This document shows positions 33,755 to 38,121 of a stretch of 38,121 bases of DNA, one piece after another; positions within the stretch are counted from its first letter, which is position 1, and each line of letters begins with the position of its first letter. Source of the DNA: a virus (taxonomy: Duplodnaviria > Caudoviricetes); the IMG/VR virus record IMGVR_UViG_3300047400_000075, positions 1-38,121 of that record; one strand, 5' to 3'. A model generated the notes under the pieces. That model ran no database searches, had not been told where the DNA came from, and saw only the letters and a program-made list of their open reading frames with translations. Both the position numbers and the translations under genes were made by a program.

Positions 33755-35160
33755 CCAGCCGGGAGAGCCGTCCCGGCTGGCGCTTCATGAAGCACGCCAC
33801 GCTGATCGCGCGCTCGGATGGTGCGTGGCGCAACCGGCGCGGCCTGGGCCGGCGCATACTGGTTCCCGGCACTTGCCCCCTGCACGCCGGTATTCCGAAT
33901 GGAGTTCTGGCGGATGGTCACGTTCTTCCGAGCCAGCGCCACCATGTCCTTCAGAACCTTTTCGCTCCAGTCCCCAGACAGGCTCTTACTCGCCAGTTCA
34001 ATGGCGTGGTCTGTCGGGGAATTGCCGCCCATGTAGACATTCGCGAGGTCGGCGGTAATATCGGCAATCTGGCTGTCCAATTGCCTCGCGACCGTCGCCA
34101 CCTGGTCGCCATACGCGCCGTTCTTTGCGGCGGCGAGGTTCGCACGATTCAGGATCGGAAACCGACCGCCCTTCCATTTCGCCGCGAGCGCGTCCACGGT
34201 GTCGAGTAGTTCGGGCAGCGCATTGATGGACTGGTTCAGCCGCGTCTGCTGATTCCCGTTCAATGTCGCGATGTGTTTCTGTGTGGCCGCCCAATCCGTC
34301 GCCGCCGTGGCAAGGTCGTAGCCTTGCCGCTTCGCTTCGGCCATCGTCGCCATGTATTCCTTCGTGGCTCGACCGGGCAGCATGGGCGGTAGCGTGCCGT
34401 CCTTCATGCCCTGCACCGCGAGCGCCACATCCGACGTGCTAGCGACTGGCGCTCCACCGACCGGCCGAGCTTCCATCGCCTTGTTGTGGCGCTTGGTTTC
34501 GTCCAGGGCCGCATTGGCGCGGTCTTCGGCCGCCTTCTTGGCAGCCGCGTCCGCCAACTGCTGCGGCGTCTGCGGAGCCGACTGGAAGATGTAGGAGCCG
34601 TCCGGCTGCTTGGTTGCCAGCGACCCATTGACGGCGATCGGCTTCTCTTCAGGGAACAGCGCCTTGTATCGCTCGACGGCCGGCATCAGCCGCGCCATCT
34701 GGCCCTTCACCCACGTCGGACCCTGGAACTGTTCGGGAATGGTCGCCAAGTCTTGCTGATCCAACACGCCAGCCTGCGCGAGCGCCGATCGGCCCTGTGC
34801 GTAGATGCCGGCTTGCGCGTCAGGTGGAGCCGCCGTAATTGACGTGAGCCAATTGCCGATGGCCTGTGCATGTCGCGCTTCCGTACGGGCCTTATCCTGT
34901 TCGGCCTGATCACGGCTGGCGAAGTCCATGCCCTGGTTGATTTGGGCAATCTGGGCATCCCGCAGCTTGCCAATCTGCGCCTGCTCCGCGATCTGCCGGG
35001 CGCGATCCTCCTGCGCCCGCTGCGCCTGCTGCACATTGCTGGCAAGCTGGCCGAGGCTCGTAATGGCTGGCGTGAATGCCTGCGCCCGACCAAGAATGCC
35101 CGCGGCGCGAGCATCCCCGACCCGCAGCATCAGATCCGTGAGGTTGCTGACCGTGCTCAT
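33736..35160 (-). CDS. DNA ejection protein (gp20-like)
   Basis: A/Q-rich coiled coil, ETKRHN motif; position. Confidence 0.7.
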   Translation of the reverse strand: MSTVSNLTDLMLRVGDARAAGILGRAQAFTPAITSLGQLASNVQQAQRAQEDRARQIAEQAQIGKLRDAQIAQINQGMDFASRDQAEQDKARTEARHAQAIGNWLTSITAAPPDAQAGIYAQGRSALAQAGVLDQQDLATIPEQFQGPTWVKGQMARLMPAVERYKALFPEEKPIAVNGSLATKQPDGSYIFQSAPQTPQQLADAAAKKAAEDRANAALDETKRHNKAMEARPVGGAPVASTSDVALAVQGMKDGTLPPMLPGRATKEYMATMAEAKRQGYDLATAATDWAATQKHIATLNGNQQTRLNQSINALPELLDTVDALAAKWKGGRFPILNRANLAAAKNGAYGDQVATVARQLDSQIADITADLANVYMGGNSPTDHAIELASKSLSGDWSEKVLKDMVALARKNVTIRQNSIRNTGVQGASAGNQYAPAQAAPVAPRTIRARDQRGVLHEAPAGTALPAGWKMEP

Positions 35161-36026
35161 CAGAGGCTCGGCGCGGGCGGCTTGCCAAGCGCCGCCAGAT
35201 TGAGGTTGTTCAGAATGCTGTCTTGGTTCAGCCCACGGACAAAATTCCGGTTGTCGTTGAACGTTCCATAGTCAAAGGCCCGATTCGTGTTGAAGATGTT
35301 GAAATCGTCCAGCCGATTGACCCGTCCCATGTTGAAGTAGTCCGAGTTGATGCCCCACTGATCCAGCAGGTTGTTCCGCTGGGAGTTGTAGCGGTTGGCT
35401 TCATTGGTCAGGAAGTTCTGTCGTGCCGTGTCGTATTCGTTATAGGCCCGGTTGTAGACGTTCTGGTATTCCTGACTCGCCCTGTTCTGGGCATAGTCAT
35501 TCAACGCCTTCATCGTGCCACCCGTTAGCAGCGTGCCCTTCGCGGCTGCGCTGTGCTCAATGGCTGCCAACCCGTTCTTGAGGTCAAACTGGAACCCCGG
35601 CGAGTTCATCGCGTCCTGCGCGGTCGGGGCGGTGAACGTGCCGGTCCACGGCTGGAGCGACTGCGGAGACGCGAACTGCGACAGGTTCGGCAGCGCCGGC
35701 CCACCCGACAATCCGCTCCCGTCGTCCTGCGCGACACCGCCGGGCGTGTTGTGCCCACGCGCGGCAATGTCGCTCAGGAGTGAGCCCTGCGTGCCGTAGC
35801 GGTAGGCATTGTCCATGTCAGACAGGAACTCTGCCTGCGTGGGCGCCCGCTTGATGTCCGACTGATAGACGGCGTTAATCGCCGCCGCGTTCTGGTTCGG
35901 GACGTTCTCAGGTCCGACCAAGGGATACCGACCGGCCAACGGGTCAGGCTGCGCCGACTGCGCCGGAGGCGGATTACTGGCGAACCAGTCCTCGTTCTGC
36001 GTCGGGTCGTTGAAATCCAACTGCAT
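35160..36026 (-). CDS. DNA transfer/pilot protein
   Basis: SPGFQFDLKNG..IEHSAAAKGTLLTGGTMKALNDYAQNRASQEY. Confidence 0.8.
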   Translation of the reverse strand: MQLDFNDPTQNEDWFASNPPPAQSAQPDPLAGRYPLVGPENVPNQNAAAINAVYQSDIKRAPTQAEFLSDMDNAYRYGTQGSLLSDIAARGHNTPGGVAQDDGSGLSGGPALPNLSQFASPQSLQPWTGTFTAPTAQDAMNSPGFQFDLKNGLAAIEHSAAAKGTLLTGGTMKALNDYAQNRASQEYQNVYNRAYNEYDTARQNFLTNEANRYNSQRNNLLDQWGINSDYFNMGRVNRLDDFNIFNTNRAFDYGTFNDNRNFVRGLNQDSILNNLNLAALGKPPAPSL

Positions 36027-36027
36027 G

Positions 36028-36954
36028 TCAGCCTCCGATCACCGTCGCGCCGAGCGACTGATAGTGCCCGACCGCCGAAGACGGCACATACGACACCTGC
36101 CCATTCGGCGCCCGCATGGCGACTTGGCCCTGTGGGGCCTGCACGCCCGCCTGGGCGGCCTGCATCGTTCGCCCCATCAGACCCCCCATCGGCACCGGCT
36201 GCGTCGTCGAGACGGGCTGCGGAGCCGCCTGCATGGGCGTCTGCGTCGAGAGGGCCGAGAGGGTCAATGGCCGGACGGTCGTGCCGTATTTGCCCTGCAT
36301 CGCCGTCTGCTGGCCGAGCAAATTAGACAACCCCAGTACGGCGTTCGTGCCGGCCGTGAAGTACGGCTGGTTGCGCTGCATCGCATCGCCATACTGCTGC
36401 TTCATGAAGTCGAGCGCGGCTTGTGCGGCTTGCGCCTGCTCTTTGGAGGCGTTCCCCGCCGCGTGGGCATTGATGAGCGACCCCACAATGGACGCCCCCG
36501 CGTTGAGGGCCGATGGCATGCCGACGCTACTCCACAATCCCATAGTTCCACCTGTTGTCGCCGCCGCTGATGTCGCGGCTGTCGGAATCGTGATCCCTGC
36601 CGGAAGTCCTCCCGGCACTGCTGCGCCCCATATCGGCGCCGAGCTTCCCACCGCGCTGGACCCGCCCGCCGCCGCACTGGCGGGCGCAGCGAAGAGTCCC
36701 AACCCCAACGACGCGCCACCTACCGCCAACGGCCCCACCACGCGCGGATCGCTATACCAGTGGTCCGCGTTCGGGTCGTAGAACTCGCCGCGCTCGTTGA
36801 CCGCCCCGGACGGCACATCCGTCCAGGGAATACCCGCCTGCGCGGCGAACTGCCTCGCCACCTGACCCCGCACATACGGGCTCGCCGACTGCACGGCGCC
36901 GAGATACCCCGGGATGGCGGCCAGTCTCGCGTTGAGGGCGGAATAGTCGGCCAT
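36028..36954 (-). CDS. DNA transfer protein (gp7-like)
   Basis: G/A-rich hydrophobic segment, AAGNASKEQAQAAQAALD..QPYFTAG. Confidence 0.72.
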   Translation of the reverse strand: MADYSALNARLAAIPGYLGAVQSASPYVRGQVARQFAAQAGIPWTDVPSGAVNERGEFYDPNADHWYSDPRVVGPLAVGGASLGLGLFAAPASAAAGGSSAVGSSAPIWGAAVPGGLPAGITIPTAATSAAATTGGTMGLWSSVGMPSALNAGASIVGSLINAHAAGNASKEQAQAAQAALDFMKQQYGDAMQRNQPYFTAGTNAVLGLSNLLGQQTAMQGKYGTTVRPLTLSALSTQTPMQAAPQPVSTTQPVPMGGLMGRTMQAAQAGVQAPQGQVAMRAPNGQVSYVPSSAVGHYQSLGATVIGG

Positions 36955-36958
36955 TGCC

Positions 36959-37612
36959 CTACGTCGTCACATCCAGCGATACCGCATGTTCGCGTGTGGA
37001 CGCGCCTGCGGAGGTCACGAGCTTGACCGACACCGTATCCCCCGCTGCGACCGTCACACTGTGCGTCAGATCCGAGGCCGTCGTCGCCGCATCCGCCATC
37101 GTCGCCGTCACCGCCTGATCGATGCCATTGACGCGCAGCGTGTAGGTAAACGACTTCCCGGCGCCTGGACTCCCATCAGCCACCACGCGCAACCGTTTCA
37201 GCACCGAGGCGATCGGAAACACCACCGCCGTAGAGGATTCCGTGGCGTGCGCCCCACGCGGGCTGAGATAGACCGTCAAGCCTGCCGCAATCCCCGTCCC
37301 AGGTGTCGTCCCGCCATACCAGCCCGCTTTCGTGTGCGTGGCCAGTTGTGTTTCCGTGATGCCCGCCGAGGCCGACAACTGCGAGGTCGTAATCCCCGAC
37401 AGTCGAGCCAGGGGCACGGTGCCGCTACTCAAGTCCGACGCGCTGCGGACGGCCAAATCGGCGAGGCTAGATCCCGTAAAATTCAATGTGGACCAGGCCA
37501 CGCTCACAATCCGCGAACTCAGCGTCTTGAGGAACGCCAGCCAGCCGAAATTGATCGCGCCGGTCTGCGGATCGACGAGTAGTTGATCCTTGGGGATATA
37601 GATGTTGCTCAT
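36959..37612 (-). CDS. Tail-associated protein (needle/fibre position after gp10)
   Basis: LVDPQTGAINFGWLAFL N-terminus, SGTVPLARL, beta-rich C-domain. Confidence 0.6.
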   Translation of the reverse strand: MSNIYIPKDQLLVDPQTGAINFGWLAFLKTLSSRIVSVAWSTLNFTGSSLADLAVRSASDLSSGTVPLARLSGITTSQLSASAGITETQLATHTKAGWYGGTTPGTGIAAGLTVYLSPRGAHATESSTAVVFPIASVLKRLRVVADGSPGAGKSFTYTLRVNGIDQAVTATMADAATTASDLTHSVTVAAGDTVSVKLVTSAGASTREHAVSLDVTT

Positions 37613-38121
37613 GCGGCGGCCCCTTCAAAGTCGCCCCACGCGCCAACCATCGCCGTCACGACAGGATCGGTGACCACCACCTCGATCACGCCATCGCGCC
37701 ATCGGCCATTCCGCCGAAGTTCCGCGCGTGTGGTATAGGCACCTGTGGCCCCAAGCGGCACCCATCGTTCATCGCCGAACGTCTTGCCACCATCCCGCGA
37801 GATCCGCACCATCGCCTGCGGAGTGGCCCCCTGACCGCTCGTGCCGACACCAGACTGGAAGTCAAACCGCAAGCGATGGCACGTGATCCAGGAGCCATCG
37901 CCGACCACATGCGGCGACCGACGCAACCGGCGCAGCGTCTGACTGCCATCGGCTGCGGTATTGGCCGATAGCTCATAAATCGTGCCGTCCGTCGCCGATC
38001 CAACGTAGTGATACTCGAACGCGAAGATGTGCGTGCGCGCCAGTGGGAGATGCCAGTCCCCGTCGCGCACATTCCACGACAGCCACTCATGCCATTGCTC
38101 GGTCGTGTTGTCGTAGACCCA
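37609..38121 (-). CDS. gp10-like tail hub, C-terminal part
   Basis: RRLRRSPH..FQSGVG..PQAMVRISRDGGKTFG..LGATGAY..VTDPV. Confidence 0.88.
   Translation of the reverse strand, partial: WVYDNTTEQWHEWLSWNVRDGDWHLPLARTHIFAFEYHYVGSATDGTIYELSANTAADGSQTLRRLRRSPHVVGDGSWITCHRLRFDFQSGVGTSGQGATPQAMVRISRDGGKTFGDERWVPLGATGAYTTRAELRRNGRWRDGVIEVVVTDPVVTAMVGAWGDFEGAAA
37886..38121. repeat. Terminal direct repeat, right copy
   Basis: Matches 1-236 at 235/236. Confidence 0.97.

Overview
The window is a complete, circularly permuted ~37.9 kb genome of a GC-rich tailed phage with a P22-like (podovirus) virion module. Bases 1-236 repeat 37886-38121 with one mismatch, and the gp10-like tail hub gene runs across the join. 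Essentially all real genes are on the minus strand. They comprise an early/replication block (Cro-like HTH, SSB-like protein, 3'-5' exonuclease, adenine methyltransferase, resolvase, HNH, initiator, DnaB), packaging and head genes, tail and ejection genes, and a long lysis/accessory block (holin-like proteins, metallophosphoesterase, C39-like peptidase, DUF6378-like protein, clan-A glycoside hydrolase, M15 endolysin, radical SAM). I found no integrase and no CI repressor. The most unusual signal is non-coding: three abutting, stem-closed cloverleaf RNAs fill 20207-20586, the middle one with tRNA topology and a 3' CCA. There are also two plus-strand antisense sRNA candidates with their own extended -10 promoters (opposite the initiator leader and opposite an early-gene RBS), short loop complementarities between these RNAs, and an attenuator-like leader before the scaffold/coat operon. 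Together these suggest an RNA-based regulatory circuit. All calls come from reading motifs and folding by eye; no searches were run.
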